Shown here one piece after another: positions 39,111 to 49,375 of a stretch of 64,000 bases of DNA. Position 1 is the stretch's first letter. The number at the start of each line of letters is the position of its first letter. Source of the DNA: an uncultured Patescibacteria group bacterium. Lineage in GTDB: Bacteria > Patescibacteriota > JACMRA01. A model generated the notes under the pieces. The model saw only the letters and a list, made by a program, of their open reading frames with translations, had not been told where the DNA came from and searched no databases. The position numbers and the translations under genes were made by a program. The DNA is taken from contig CALITC010000006.1 of the NCBI GenBank assembly GCA_938041505.1, positions 7,389-71,388 of the forward strand. Reading direction: 5' to 3'.

Positions 39111-39187
39111 GGCGAAGTAGCTCAGTTGGTTAGAGCGCAGGACTCATAAGCCTGAGGTCGAGGGTTCAATTCCCTCCTTCGCTACCA
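39111..39187 (+). tRNA. tRNA-Met(CAT), elongator type (Ile2 not excluded)
   Basis: GGCGAAG...CTTCGCT-A-CCA; loop CT-CAT-AA; TTGACA promoter upstream. Confidence 0.9.
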
Positions 39188-39189
39188 TC

Positions 39190-39440
39190 GGTCAAAGACT
39201 TTCATGATTATGTTTTGAGCTTATAGCTCAAAAGCGTCATCATTACAGTCTTTGCCCTCACACCCCTCTCGATCTTAGATCGCCGGGGACCCCTACTTAG
39301 GTTAGCTCAAAAGCACAACTACACTAGTTCTTGCCCTCGTTACCCCACAAATTATCCCCAATCTGTGGGGCTCTCTTTATAGCTGCAATATTTCATCGGT
39401 TAATCTCTTTACCCTTCTCGATCAATAATCGCCATAGACC
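39190..39440 (+). repeat. hairpin and degenerate direct repeats downstream of tRNA-Met
   Basis: CAAAGACT...TTTTGAGC/GCTCAAAA...AGTCTTTG hairpin; TAGCTCAAAAGC..TTGCCCTC occurs twice; TCTCGATC..ATCGCC..GACC occurs twice. Confidence 0.45.
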
Positions 39441-39525
39441 ACCTTAACTATAATTCAGATTTCGCAAAAAAGAAGCCTGAACTATAATGGTACAGGCTCT
39501 CGAAGTAGCTCTTTAAGTTAGAAAA

Positions 39526-40149
39526 TTAGCAGCAGAAATTGTATATTTCTTCTAACTCTTTTTCACCTATGTTTGTCGGCCAACCAGAAGTAACTTGTTG
39601 TTCAATCAGGCCAATTTCTGACAGAGCTTGGAATAATACTTCCAGATTTCTGTACATTAAATACACCATAATATATTTGGGTGGACATACCAGGGTTGAA
39701 TACTCCTTTGCCTTGGTATAAAAACCTGAAGGTAAGTCGATTACAGCTACTTTATTCGCCGTTTCTCTAACACCTACATGATTATACTTTATGCTTTTTC
39801 TGAAAACGAAGGTGTAAGGCTGATGCATAACTGGTGACAAAACCTTTTCATCTACATTAGACCCTATTTCATTAATCAAATCAGGTCTCCCTAGTAGTTT
39901 GTAACAACGCCGCCAGCTACTTGTCTCCCAGTCTTGCCAACACAAAGCGCGGAGATTCACTACACCCTTGCCCATGCAAAGCCGGTATGGACTCAAGGCA
40001 TAATCGGGATTATAAAAATCCAGACTAATTTTTGAGTTGTAATCGTGATCTAGAAAGCAATCGCTAGGAACAATCTTTCGCTCAATATAGTTGTATTCTA
40101 CTTTATCAGCAAAAATATATGGTTTTATTTTTTTAATCGCAGTTTTCAT
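39526..40149 (-). CDS. hypothetical protein
   Basis: 207-aa ORF with TTGACA-17-TAATAT upstream and a downstream terminator. Confidence 0.65.
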   Translation of the reverse strand: MKTAIKKIKPYIFADKVEYNYIERKIVPSDCFLDHDYNSKISLDFYNPDYALSPYRLCMGKGVVNLRALCWQDWETSSWRRCYKLLGRPDLINEIGSNVDEKVLSPVMHQPYTFVFRKSIKYNHVGVRETANKVAVIDLPSGFYTKAKEYSTLVCPPKYIMVYLMYRNLEVLFQALSEIGLIEQQVTSGWPTNIGEKELEEIYNFCC

Positions 40150-40240
40150 TATTTAATTCAAAAAAAACAATTCTTTGAATATTACATATTAATACTATAT
40201 TGTCAAACTAATATATTACCAGTCAATCAGCGATAATCAA

Positions 40241-40918
40241 CTATTTCTTATCAATCACTACCACAAATTCTCCTTTTTCAGTTATAGATTCGGTATCGAT
40301 AGAACCTAATTCACTCGAAATATATTCCTCGAATTGCTTAGATAATTCTCGTGCTATGAATATTTTCCTGGTAGGTTCCATAAGATCCTGGAGCTGAATC
40401 AAGGTTTTGCGAATTCGGTGGACAGATTCGTAAAAAACTATCGGAATTTCGGATTCACTTATTTTGTGCAAAAGTGTTTGTCGGCCTTTTTTGAGTGGTA
40501 AGAATCCGTGGAATGTAAAATCTTTACCCACTAAGCCACTGGCAACCACAGCTGGGACAAGTGCGTTCGCTCCTGGTAAAACAGAATACTCCAAACCTTT
40601 CTCTTGGAGCATCCGAACAATCTCGAACCCAGGATCACTCAGCCCAGGCGTACCGGCATCACTGACCACAAGCACAGTCAGCTTGCCAGCGTTTCGCTCG
40701 TATAGATTCACAGCTTCTTCTATTTGGCGAAGATTAGTGCTTTGATTTCGTATAATATTAATAAATCGCGGCTCATTCTTAATGAGCAGTTTATCAAACA
40801 ACTTAGAAGTAAACCTTCCGTCCTCTACAAGCACAACATCAGCTTCTTCAAAAAGCCGAATTGCCCGTAACGTAATATCCTCCATATTCCCAATCGGCAC
40901 TGGCACAAAATAAAACAT
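40241..40918 (-). CDS. rsmI: 16S rRNA (cytidine1402-2'-O)-methyltransferase
   Basis: PIGNMEDITLRA, SDAGTPGLSDPG, FYES.HR, ARELSK.FEE, KGEFVVV. Confidence 0.95.
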   Translation of the reverse strand: MFYFVPVPIGNMEDITLRAIRLFEEADVVLVEDGRFTSKLFDKLLIKNEPRFINIIRNQSTNLRQIEEAVNLYERNAGKLTVLVVSDAGTPGLSDPGFEIVRMLQEKGLEYSVLPGANALVPAVVASGLVGKDFTFHGFLPLKKGRQTLLHKISESEIPIVFYESVHRIRKTLIQLQDLMEPTRKIFIARELSKQFEEYISSELGSIDTESITEKGEFVVVIDKK

Positions 40919-41067
40919 GATTACCTATTAGCATCAATGCAATTTTTTGTAAAAAGAATACTCATCAGATATAAATCAATAGCAAAAACTATTCTACAAT
41001 ATTTGACATTTATAAAAAAATGATATAATTATAGTAATAAATACTAGGTGTAATTATAATAAGAATC

Positions 41068-41392
41068 ATGAAAAATAGAGCTGTCAATGAAAAAACAAAA
41101 CCTAATAAAATTCTATTATATATGGGAGGAATATGTATTGTAGGGGTATCAGTCTTCACCATCTTTTTAATTATAGCACCATCTTTTGTTTCCGATAATA
41201 AGTTAATATCTGAAATAGAAAAGTTTGGTTACAGTAACATAGCCATTCAACACAAAAGTCTAGCAGGAGCTCTTCTAGATTGTTACGGAGCTGGAGTATT
41301 TTAAAGGAAGTCTGCGTGGACAAGAGGTTAACTTGACTGCCTGTAAAGATATACTACCAGGTGACAAAACCATGTCTATTGGATCAAGATAG
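41068..41392 (+). pseudogene. frameshifted small membrane-anchored protein
   Basis: ORF stops at GTA TTT TAA; the +1 frame continues FKGSLRGQEVNLTACKDILPGDKTMSIGSR* to 41392. Confidence 0.5.
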
Positions 41393-41543
41393 GTCATTTA
41401 CTTTTATAAAAAATATCTAAAAATCACTAATCAAGCATCTTGCTCATATGCAAGATGCTTTTTTTAAGCAATATTCACTAAAGGAATCTTTGACAACCCA
41501 TAAAATATCTGATAGCTTATGCCCACTACGTACTTCGTTATAA

Positions 41544-42092
41544 ATGATGAGAAAAATTGAATTCACTAATCTCAAAACTTCCGAACATTTATTGCTGTGG
41601 AATGTGTTACTACAAAAATATCACCTCCCCAAGCCAAGGTACAGCCTCAATAACCATTCGCAAGTGTTGTTAAGATCGCTATACCAAGAATTTGACCTCT
41701 GGGATAGGTACAAATCAACCAGTACTCACCTGCAAAAGATAAACAACGCTATCTGCACAAAAGAAAAGAGAAAGGGTAAGACTACCTGCCTTATCGAAAT
41801 TCCGAATATTTTTCGGATCACTCTGATTGCAAAAAGAAGAGATACAACTCTCTCAATAGAACTAGGAAACAATCTTGTTTTGGACGCAGAGAACGCAGGA
41901 TTCATTAATAGCCTACGTCTATCAGCTTATCAATCTGAATATATAGACGAGGTAACAAAGCTTACAATACAAAAACTAATAAGTGGAGAAAAGATTATAA
42001 GCATGGATACTAATCCAATCGCAAGCAACGAGTCAATTAACGCCTCTGATCCAAATCAATATACATATAATGCAACATGGGATTACGAATAA
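41544..42092 (+). CDS. hypothetical protein
   Basis: 182-aa ORF with TTGACA-17-TAGCTT promoter. Confidence 0.6.
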   Translation: MMRKIEFTNLKTSEHLLLWNVLLQKYHLPKPRYSLNNHSQVLLRSLYQEFDLWDRYKSTSTHLQKINNAICTKEKRKGKTTCLIEIPNIFRITLIAKRRDTTLSIELGNNLVLDAENAGFINSLRLSAYQSEYIDEVTKLTIQKLISGEKIISMDTNPIASNESINASDPNQYTYNATWDYE

Positions 42093-42161
42093 GTAACCTA
42101 ATCAAAAAACACAAGTCTCTTCAATTTTATAAGGAAGAGCTTTATTTTTTCCGATTTACAC

Positions 42162-43322
42162 CTAAGTTACACTCACCCACTCTCCAGCTTCGTTGTAATT
42201 CATGGAACGCGGCCAACCGGCGGCATTCCACACAGCATAGAAAGCTGGTTTCAGCATTTGTTTCAGGTTAAGACCATAATCTTCGAGCAGCACCTCAGGG
42301 ACGATTAAGCCCGAGCGATCGATTGGCTGACTGTCATACCAATGAAAATCTGAAACCTTGCCCATATAAGCCCCTTTGACGTCGAGCATACTCAACATAA
42401 TCAAGAACGGAGGTTCAATCTGGTGATGCCTCATAAAGCTAAACATATCCTCAATCTGCTCCACAACTTCGCGCTCATATTCAGGATTAATAAACGCTTT
42501 TCCTTTCTTGAAACTTAAAAAATTACTTTCCACAATTTCCACAGCACCACTCCGAAAAACTTGAGCGTATGCAGAATCCGAATACATTAAGAACCCATCA
42601 AAATTAAACCGTTGATGTAACACCGAATCCCCAAAAACTTGACTCGGCAAAAATTCTGAATTTTGAAACTGTGAAATATCTACCTGTAGCGCTGGGTTAT
42701 TGATCGACAGCGGCGTGATATGAATTACAAGCTTAGAAGATTCTTTCATCTCGGCCGGAACTTCTCCTGAGACCAAAGCCCCAAGTCTTTGCAGTCGAAA
42801 ATCCCGAATATAGTCAAAATTCTGCTGCGATAAAGAAAACGCCACTCGGATCTCAGAAGCATCTAGTGGGTGCTTACCATAACTATTCCGCGAGAAGAAC
42901 TTCCCATAGCTTTGGTAGCCAACCATGTGCGGCGAAGACCAGCTCCGGGGTACCCGGACAATCACCACATACCGATCTTTTTTGACTTCGATCGCCCGAA
43001 TCTGTACCCCATATATTCGCGGGTCAATCCCATCTCTGATCATGTGTTCGTATTTGAGCAAATGAGTCTCAACATCTTTGATCTTCATCCCCACGATTCT
43101 GGATGGAACCCCGCGATTCTCTACCACACCATAGATCAGATCTCCCCCAGAAGCATTGGCAAACGAAGAAACATCAGCGAGAAATTCTTTCTTACTTCGA
43201 TCGTTATCCTCCGGTAAACACCGCTTGTAATCGATATTTTTACTTTCACGGACTTGATTGGCCACCAACTCATTAATATCTTTGATACTAATCAAATCCA
43301 AACTTTTTTGATATAATGCCAT
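42162..43322 (-). CDS. AlbA_2 (Schlafen-like) domain protein
   Basis: RES..IDYK, DVSSFANASGGDLIYGV, IVRVP.S...PH, F..RN. Confidence 0.85.
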   Translation of the reverse strand: MALYQKSLDLISIKDINELVANQVRESKNIDYKRCLPEDNDRSKKEFLADVSSFANASGGDLIYGVVENRGVPSRIVGMKIKDVETHLLKYEHMIRDGIDPRIYGVQIRAIEVKKDRYVVIVRVPRSWSSPHMVGYQSYGKFFSRNSYGKHPLDASEIRVAFSLSQQNFDYIRDFRLQRLGALVSGEVPAEMKESSKLVIHITPLSINNPALQVDISQFQNSEFLPSQVFGDSVLHQRFNFDGFLMYSDSAYAQVFRSGAVEIVESNFLSFKKGKAFINPEYEREVVEQIEDMFSFMRHHQIEPPFLIMLSMLDVKGAYMGKVSDFHWYDSQPIDRSGLIVPEVLLEDYGLNLKQMLKPAFYAVWNAAGWPRSMNYNEAGEWVSVT

Positions 43323-43327
43323 ATAAT

Positions 43328-45001
43328 TTAGGTATTTACTTCCAGTGTACCATCATAAAACGACAGTTGCAAATTACCAGGACTCACCACATCTTTTTTA
43401 CGAGTGATTACCTTACCGTTAGCTTCTACCATAGCATACCCATTCTTAAGGATATTCCTAGGGTGAATCGATTGAATGGTCGTAATATTAAGTAGAAATT
43501 CTTGCTTTTTTTGAGCCAAATTCTGCTGTATAAGCTGATAGATTGTGTGGGTCAGGTTAGAATTCTGAATAAGTAAGTTATCCACACCACGCTGGTATAT
43601 TGGATATAGATATTTGATCTCTTCTAGTGATCGTTTGGATAGCTCTATGTCTTGTATCACAAGCCTATAACACTGCTGTGCCAAATCCTGAGTCTGATGC
43701 TTCGCTGAGCCAATCAAAGCATAAACACTTTGGTTAACCGACTGAATGGTCTGCCGAGCCTGCAACACCCTCTGCGCAAAATATTCCCGAATAACAGCCA
43801 CCATTCGCTCATTATACACCCGGTACTGCTGAACTTTTTCTAGCAGTCGAGCGTGAATTGCCGAAACCGTTCGATCCTTTTGTGCTGCAACATCACTACT
43901 ACTATAAGACACAAGCTCAGCGGCCTGACTCGGCGTAGAAGCCCGCATATCGGCTACCAATTCTGCCAGTGTCACATCTCGCTCATGACCAATTGCCACA
44001 ATCACTGGACGCGAAATCCCGTGCACCGCGCGAACCACCGGCTCAGAATTAAACACGATCAGATCCTCTTTGCTTCCACCACCGCGAGTAATGACCACGG
44101 TATCAATAGCATGATCGACAATTACCTCCTCAGCCTGCTTGAGACGAGCCAAAATCTCCGACTCCGCCCCAACCCCTTGCGTCTTGATCGGTAAGTGATA
44201 CACCGTCATTCCGCCGCGCCGGCGCCCAAGCACCTTCGTAAAATCTGTAATCGCCGCACTTGAAGAACTTGCGAGCAGCAATATATTATTCGGTAACATT
44301 GCCGGCTTCCGCTTACGTGACTCATCAAGCAAACCTTCTTTGTCCAGCTTCTCCTGTAATAATTTGAGATTCCGGAGCAACTCCCCTTCACCAGTCAGTT
44401 GGATCGACTTCACATCAAAAAGCAACCTCGAATACTTATCGAGCACAAACTTCCCAGAAATCCGGACCTGCAACCCTTCATTCAAAGGAAATCCGGACCG
44501 AAAAATCACATTCTGGAACGCCCGGCAATTGAGCGTCGCCTCGCTCTCCGCATCCTTCACCGTGAAGTAATACATCTGATAATAATTCTTAGCCTCCGAG
44601 ATTTCCGCCTCAATCACATACTCCTTCTCACCCAGCACATGCTTGATCTGCACTAGAGCTTCCTTAACGGTAAATACCTGCGAGCTAAAATCTGTAAAAT
44701 CCCCGGACTTGCGCCGCTCAATCGCATCCATCGCCGACTCAATCGCCACAAACGCCTTCCTATCTCCTTCCTTAGATTTCCACTGCTCCAAAAATGCCAA
44801 ATCTGACTCCGTCCCCAGCATCCGAAAAGCCTCCACAACCTTCCGCCGCACCGCGACCGACTTATGTGTAGAGAGCGCCCGAAGCTCCGACAAACTATCC
44901 GATTTCTTCTGAGTAATCACCCATGAGACAACATTCGAGACCTCCCCGGCTTTCATATCGGGAGTAAACAAAGATTGAGATTCTTCAAGTAAAGATTGCA
45001 T
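43328..45001 (-). CDS. xseA: exodeoxyribonuclease VII large subunit with HEAT-like N-terminal extension
   Basis: EISE...YFTVKD OB-fold, SAA..DF, QG..A, RGGGS.EDL..FN, AIGHE.D.TL...VAD.RASTPS.AAE. Confidence 0.92.
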   Translation of the reverse strand: MQSLLEESQSLFTPDMKAGEVSNVVSWVITQKKSDSLSELRALSTHKSVAVRRKVVEAFRMLGTESDLAFLEQWKSKEGDRKAFVAIESAMDAIERRKSGDFTDFSSQVFTVKEALVQIKHVLGEKEYVIEAEISEAKNYYQMYYFTVKDAESEATLNCRAFQNVIFRSGFPLNEGLQVRISGKFVLDKYSRLLFDVKSIQLTGEGELLRNLKLLQEKLDKEGLLDESRKRKPAMLPNNILLLASSSSAAITDFTKVLGRRRGGMTVYHLPIKTQGVGAESEILARLKQAEEVIVDHAIDTVVITRGGGSKEDLIVFNSEPVVRAVHGISRPVIVAIGHERDVTLAELVADMRASTPSQAAELVSYSSSDVAAQKDRTVSAIHARLLEKVQQYRVYNERMVAVIREYFAQRVLQARQTIQSVNQSVYALIGSAKHQTQDLAQQCYRLVIQDIELSKRSLEEIKYLYPIYQRGVDNLLIQNSNLTHTIYQLIQQNLAQKKQEFLLNITTIQSIHPRNILKNGYAMVEANGKVITRKKDVVSPGNLQLSFYDGTLEVNT

Positions 45002-45052
45002 AAGCTAAAGGCTGCCCAAAAAAATATATTTTGTCTATTTATTGAATAACAC

Positions 45053-45964
45053 TTATATAAAATCAATCCACTGCTTCTGTGAGTCGATATAGTGAGTATA
45101 AACCTTTGGAATTATAGAATTTGGAAAAATTCCTGGCCAATGGCGATTTGTGATTGTTGTATAGTTATCAGATAAAGTTGCAGTGAAATACTTTGATACC
45201 GACTTCAATCTACTATCATGAATCGGTAAGAATTTACATATCCTACTTAAAGATGAGCCCAACGGGCTAAAAGGCAGTGCATCCAAATGCTGAATACCAT
45301 AACCGGTCAAAGGTTGGGGAATGAGTGAGTGATTTTTACTTGATTTATCATAATTAAAAGTGAAGGGCAGCTTAAAACTAAACCAGGAAGGAAGATCATT
45401 GACGCCCAAAATATCGATATATTCAAAAGGGTGCTCTATTAGACTTTCAACATTTTTTAATGCGTTATTGATATTCAAAATGGGTTTAGATTTAGCTTTT
45501 TTCCATGAATGAGTATGGCACAATACGCCAAAGATGATTGGGTGAAAAATATACTCTAAAAGATCCACAGGAACTGGTTTATACATACTTCTAATTTCCT
45601 TGGCAGTTACTGCTGACTTCGTTAAATGTTCTGATTTTAAAGAATTCTTGCATTCAAACACTGCAAAAACACCTTCTAGAAAATATAATTTTTTATTTAT
45701 TAGATAATTCGGATAATAAGGTTTCAGAACTAAAATATCCAATTGAGGACTTGTATCACCTTTGTCATTGATAAGTCGACCTTTTGTTACTATTTTATAA
45801 TCCGATGGTAACCAATTCCTTAGTATTTCTGCCCAGTTTTCCTCCCCTTGGTCACCTGCTGTTGCTGGATCTTCAATAGTTCTTTGTTTAATCCTAGCAT
45901 ATTCACTTACCAGGAAATTAGTTTGCTGGCTCATAAATACATGCATATCGTTGTTATTGTTCAT
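45053..45964 (-). CDS. DUF6602-like putative PD-(D/E)XK nuclease-domain protein
   Basis: GDQGEENW...LR.WLP..Y.IV.KG, SPQLDILV, VFECK; ATG 45964 avoids overlap with the divergent GNAT. Confidence 0.7.
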   Translation of the reverse strand: MNNNNDMHVFMSQQTNFLVSEYARIKQRTIEDPATAGDQGEENWAEILRNWLPSDYKIVTKGRLINDKGDTSPQLDILVLKPYYPNYLINKKLYFLEGVFAVFECKNSLKSEHLTKSAVTAKEIRSMYKPVPVDLLEYIFHPIIFGVLCHTHSWKKAKSKPILNINNALKNVESLIEHPFEYIDILGVNDLPSWFSFKLPFTFNYDKSSKNHSLIPQPLTGYGIQHLDALPFSPLGSSLSRICKFLPIHDSRLKSVSKYFTATLSDNYTTITNRHWPGIFPNSIIPKVYTHYIDSQKQWIDFI

Positions 45965-46058
45965 TCCATAATTTAGTATGGTAATACTACTTGTACAAAT
46001 CAACCAAGTCAATAAAACATTACACTTATTGCGCAATAGCTTAATGAGACTAAATATT

Positions 46059-46556
46059 ATGACCGCAGCTAAAAATATCCACACCAATAGAACAATTCTG
46101 AGACCTGTAAACACATCTGATACTAACTTCATTCTCCAAGCCAATACTGGAAATGTCCGAAAATACTTCATACCGTTTGACAATGCGACCTCTGTAAAAG
46201 ACTGGATAGCAGAGAATATTTGCAAAATGAAAAAGAGGGAGAAATTAGAGATGATAATTGAGAACGAGCGAACCAAAGAAAAAATAGGTATGGTCGCCTT
46301 GGATAGTCTTCAAGATAAAGGAAAAATAATACCTCGCATTTGGATTGCTCAACCACACCAAGGCAAAGGTTATGCCAAAGAATGCCTGGCAGAATTCATA
46401 GCTTACTTGCAATCCCTGCCCGGATTCGAGAACAAAAGAATAGAATACGAAGTGGACATAGATAATCTAGCCAGTATTCAGCTCGCAAAATCTCTAGGAT
46501 TAACCAAGATATGCACCAAAGAAGATAATGCTGGGCAATACTATGTATATAGTTGA
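46059..46556 (+). CDS. GNAT family N-acetyltransferase
   Basis: T.R.ILRP, HQGKGYAKE, DNLASI.LAKSLG. Confidence 0.85.
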   Translation: MTAAKNIHTNRTILRPVNTSDTNFILQANTGNVRKYFIPFDNATSVKDWIAENICKMKKREKLEMIIENERTKEKIGMVALDSLQDKGKIIPRIWIAQPHQGKGYAKECLAEFIAYLQSLPGFENKRIEYEVDIDNLASIQLAKSLGLTKICTKEDNAGQYYVYS

Positions 46557-46638
46557 AACACATTCAGAAAAATTCACACTGAATGTTGTTACCTAATAAT
46601 TTTTGCTTGTTGTAAATTGTGCTAGAATAATATATAAC

Positions 46639-47346
46639 TCACCAGACAAGCTCTTGCAGGAAGGAAAAGATAAGTGTAATGAAGAATTTCTCATTATACT
46701 CGTACACTAGATTTTTCTGTAAATTCCAAAATATTATTTTATCTTCAAAAACATGAAGAAAATTATCGGTATTTATTTCTAAAAACCGAGTCTTTCTGAA
46801 ATTTGCGCCATCAGTTATCTGGAGCTTATTTACGTATTCCAGATTATTAGCAAATAAGTGTAAAAATAAGTGATTCTTTATACGATTTTGAACCCAGAAC
46901 GCTTCAATCTCAACCCCAATCAAAGACTCAAAATTTAAGGTATTTCCTATCGCAAAATATTCCTGGGGCTTTTTGATCGAAGCTAAGGTTTTAGAATGTT
47001 CAACAACAGCCTCATACCCCTTGGAAATGCTGTATATTTGCATATTTTTATCATCTGCAATCACCTGTTTTTCTAAGTTCTTAAAAGCATTGTTTACATC
47101 AAAAACCGCAATCTGGGCATTTTGTAGTAACATGTCTTTTGGCTTTGGATACCATTTTGAATCTTCGCTATAAGCCAACTTCTGACTCACCAAAATATTT
47201 AGGTGATGATACACAGACTTTTTGCTAAGTTTGGACTCAGAAATCAAAGAAGTAACGCTACAACCTGGGTTAGTAATTATAAGATCCAAGAATAACGCGG
47301 TTTTAGGTTTTAATTGAAAAAGTGATTGAAGATCTTTTTGCTTCAT
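46639..47346 (-). CDS. TrmB-like HTH transcriptional regulator
   Basis: N-terminal wHTH (SKLSKKSVYHHLNILV), C-terminal TrmB-like segment; divergent from a VOC gene with TATACTT-N7-AAGTATA in between. Confidence 0.7.
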   Translation of the reverse strand: MKQKDLQSLFQLKPKTALFLDLIITNPGCSVTSLISESKLSKKSVYHHLNILVSQKLAYSEDSKWYPKPKDMLLQNAQIAVFDVNNAFKNLEKQVIADDKNMQIYSISKGYEAVVEHSKTLASIKKPQEYFAIGNTLNFESLIGVEIEAFWVQNRIKNHLFLHLFANNLEYVNKLQITDGANFRKTRFLEINTDNFLHVFEDKIIFWNLQKNLVYEYNEKFFITLIFSFLQELVW

Positions 47347-47455
47347 ATACATTGTATACACTTAATATACTTTATAAACAAGTATAATCATATTTAGTTT
47401 ACATAGAATAAACATATTTATGGACCAATACTCAAGTTTATCATAGTAATAGCAC

Positions 47456-47818
47456 ATGTCTAAATTACATCATATAGTATTAAAAATTCAGAAGGAAGAC
47501 TTACAATTTCACAACGAATTATTCAAATCATTAGGACTCAAAGAAATATACAGGCTCAACTATTATGCTCATTACGAAAATGACAATATGAGTGTTGGCT
47601 TATGGTTTGATAAATTTGAGGAAAGAAACGATAAAGCTTGCGGGTTAGGTCACATAGCTTTTGAAGTAGACAAAGAAACAATACATTCAATTAAAAGAGT
47701 GTGTTCTAATTTTAAAACCAACTTGATCAACCTTGGATTGAAAAAACACCACGGAATCCCTAAAAATACTTTTGAGGTTTGCTACACCAAAAATGTAAGG
47801 ATTGAAATACTGTACTAG
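47456..47818 (+). CDS. VOC/glyoxalase family protein
   Basis: LHHIVL, GLGHIAFEV, RIEI. Confidence 0.75.
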   Translation: MSKLHHIVLKIQKEDLQFHNELFKSLGLKEIYRLNYYAHYENDNMSVGLWFDKFEERNDKACGLGHIAFEVDKETIHSIKRVCSNFKTNLINLGLKKHHGIPKNTFEVCYTKNVRIEILY

Positions 47819-47929
47819 ACTATCATCTTACAAATCAGTTGATACGATCTTCAAACAAACCAAATAAACTGTAATCTCTTACGAGCTACGCACTTACAAT
47901 TTTCTATACAGACCGTAAGCTTATAAGAC

Positions 47930-49375
47930 CTACGGGTTTCCGATATTCCGAACACCATTCGGGTCGATAATCTTATAGTTCCCGTTATTCGCTGCGACAG
48001 CATTGCGGTCTATAGCAATCAGAGTGCCAGTCATACCCCCAATATCGTTCAAATCCATTCTATTTTGATCGTCTGTGAGAGCTACAGTACCTGATATTTT
48101 GAGCTTGGCAGGATTATCACAAAATTCTGGTGTAAGGTTTTGTCCGTGAACGTGGTCCACACTAATATTGGCATTGTGTATCTGCAACTCTGTAATGTTA
48201 GTATCGATACTTATACACGTTAAGGCGTGCATCGCGTGCTCCACAAATTTAAAATTGCGCAGTACGTAAGGCCTGCTTAAACCCGAGCTATCAACAAACC
48301 GTAGCCCAGCCTGAACCCCTGGAGGGGTAACGATAGATTCGATATGTCCGTCGATTGTCAAAGACCGGCATGGTACAGAGTTTTGATCGATTACGAAACC
48401 ATAGGCATCTTGCGAGACAACAAAAGTCTGGAAAAACTTGGCAATATTAGACCTATTTAAGTATATCGCACTACCTGTGGTATATTTTTTGAATTTGGTT
48501 CCTACACAAAACAGCTCGTTAAAACTTGAATCACCTGAGAGGATCGGATCAACGTATTCACTGGTAATTCCAAATACATTGCTACCATCAAAAATAGCAG
48601 CATAGGCAGCCGGGTCATTATAGTTATTCCAAATATCGGAGCTGATAATTGTTAGGTTCTCAGAACCAATATTATACATTCCAGCCTTTGTGTAAGAGCC
48701 TGCAATCACAATATTCTCTATAGTATGCAAATCTGCATTAGGTCCAGGCCCGGGTACCCCTTGAGCAGTCAAGCCTTCCCTCCCCATCAAAATGGCCGAA
48801 GAAGGAGTTACTGTCTCATCGCCGATCAAATACCCTCCAATCCAGTGACAAGACCTCGTATCGATCAAATCAAACATGGTTTTGTCTGCCACTTTGCCAA
48901 CCACGGTAGCACCGAGCATATTCACCACCCACTTCACATTCCGCCGATTAATACCGGTCATGTTAATAGACTTATTTATGCTGTAGACTCTATCTTTGAA
49001 GTTCAAAGTAAACGAATATGATCCAGTCCTAGGAATAGACGTGTTCCCAACATTAAGATAAGTTGTTTTCAAAAAATCTACAGCAGCCTGAATTCCATTG
49101 GCATCTGCATCCTCTGGAGTATCATTTGGGTCAATAAAATCATCTACATAGATAACACTGCTACCGATTTCAACATAGTTACTACCATCAAAGCGATAAA
49201 ATGTTTTGGTATCAATGTCTACGTAACAGTGACCCTCATCATCCGCAACTGGTGTCGTCAGCGGTGTTGTATTAACGCCTCCTGTTGAGGGGTTAGAAAG
49301 TTGGGCGATGTGGGTATTTAGTGGCTGCGCCCAATTTTGGTCTCCTTGTGTAGGTATACTTTTATTCATATCCAA
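47930..49375 (-). CDS. right-handed beta-helix (pectin-lyase/tailspike-like) protein
   Basis: YVDDF....D.DANGIQAAVD cap motif followed by repetitive beta-rich sequence. Confidence 0.6.
   Translation of the reverse strand: MDMNKSIPTQGDQNWAQPLNTHIAQLSNPSTGGVNTTPLTTPVADDEGHCYVDIDTKTFYRFDGSNYVEIGSSVIYVDDFIDPNDTPEDADANGIQAAVDFLKTTYLNVGNTSIPRTGSYSFTLNFKDRVYSINKSINMTGINRRNVKWVVNMLGATVVGKVADKTMFDLIDTRSCHWIGGYLIGDETVTPSSAILMGREGLTAQGVPGPGPNADLHTIENIVIAGSYTKAGMYNIGSENLTIISSDIWNNYNDPAAYAAIFDGSNVFGITSEYVDPILSGDSSFNELFCVGTKFKKYTTGSAIYLNRSNIAKFFQTFVVSQDAYGFVIDQNSVPCRSLTIDGHIESIVTPPGVQAGLRFVDSSGLSRPYVLRNFKFVEHAMHALTCISIDTNITELQIHNANISVDHVHGQNLTPEFCDNPAKLKISGTVALTDDQNRMDLNDIGGMTGTLIAIDRNAVAANNGNYKIIDPNGVRNIGNP

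Noticed and set aside
45965-46276. N-terminal 104 aa of ORF 45053-46276
   Set aside because: Overlaps the divergent GNAT gene on the opposite strand; the ATG at 45964 is more plausible
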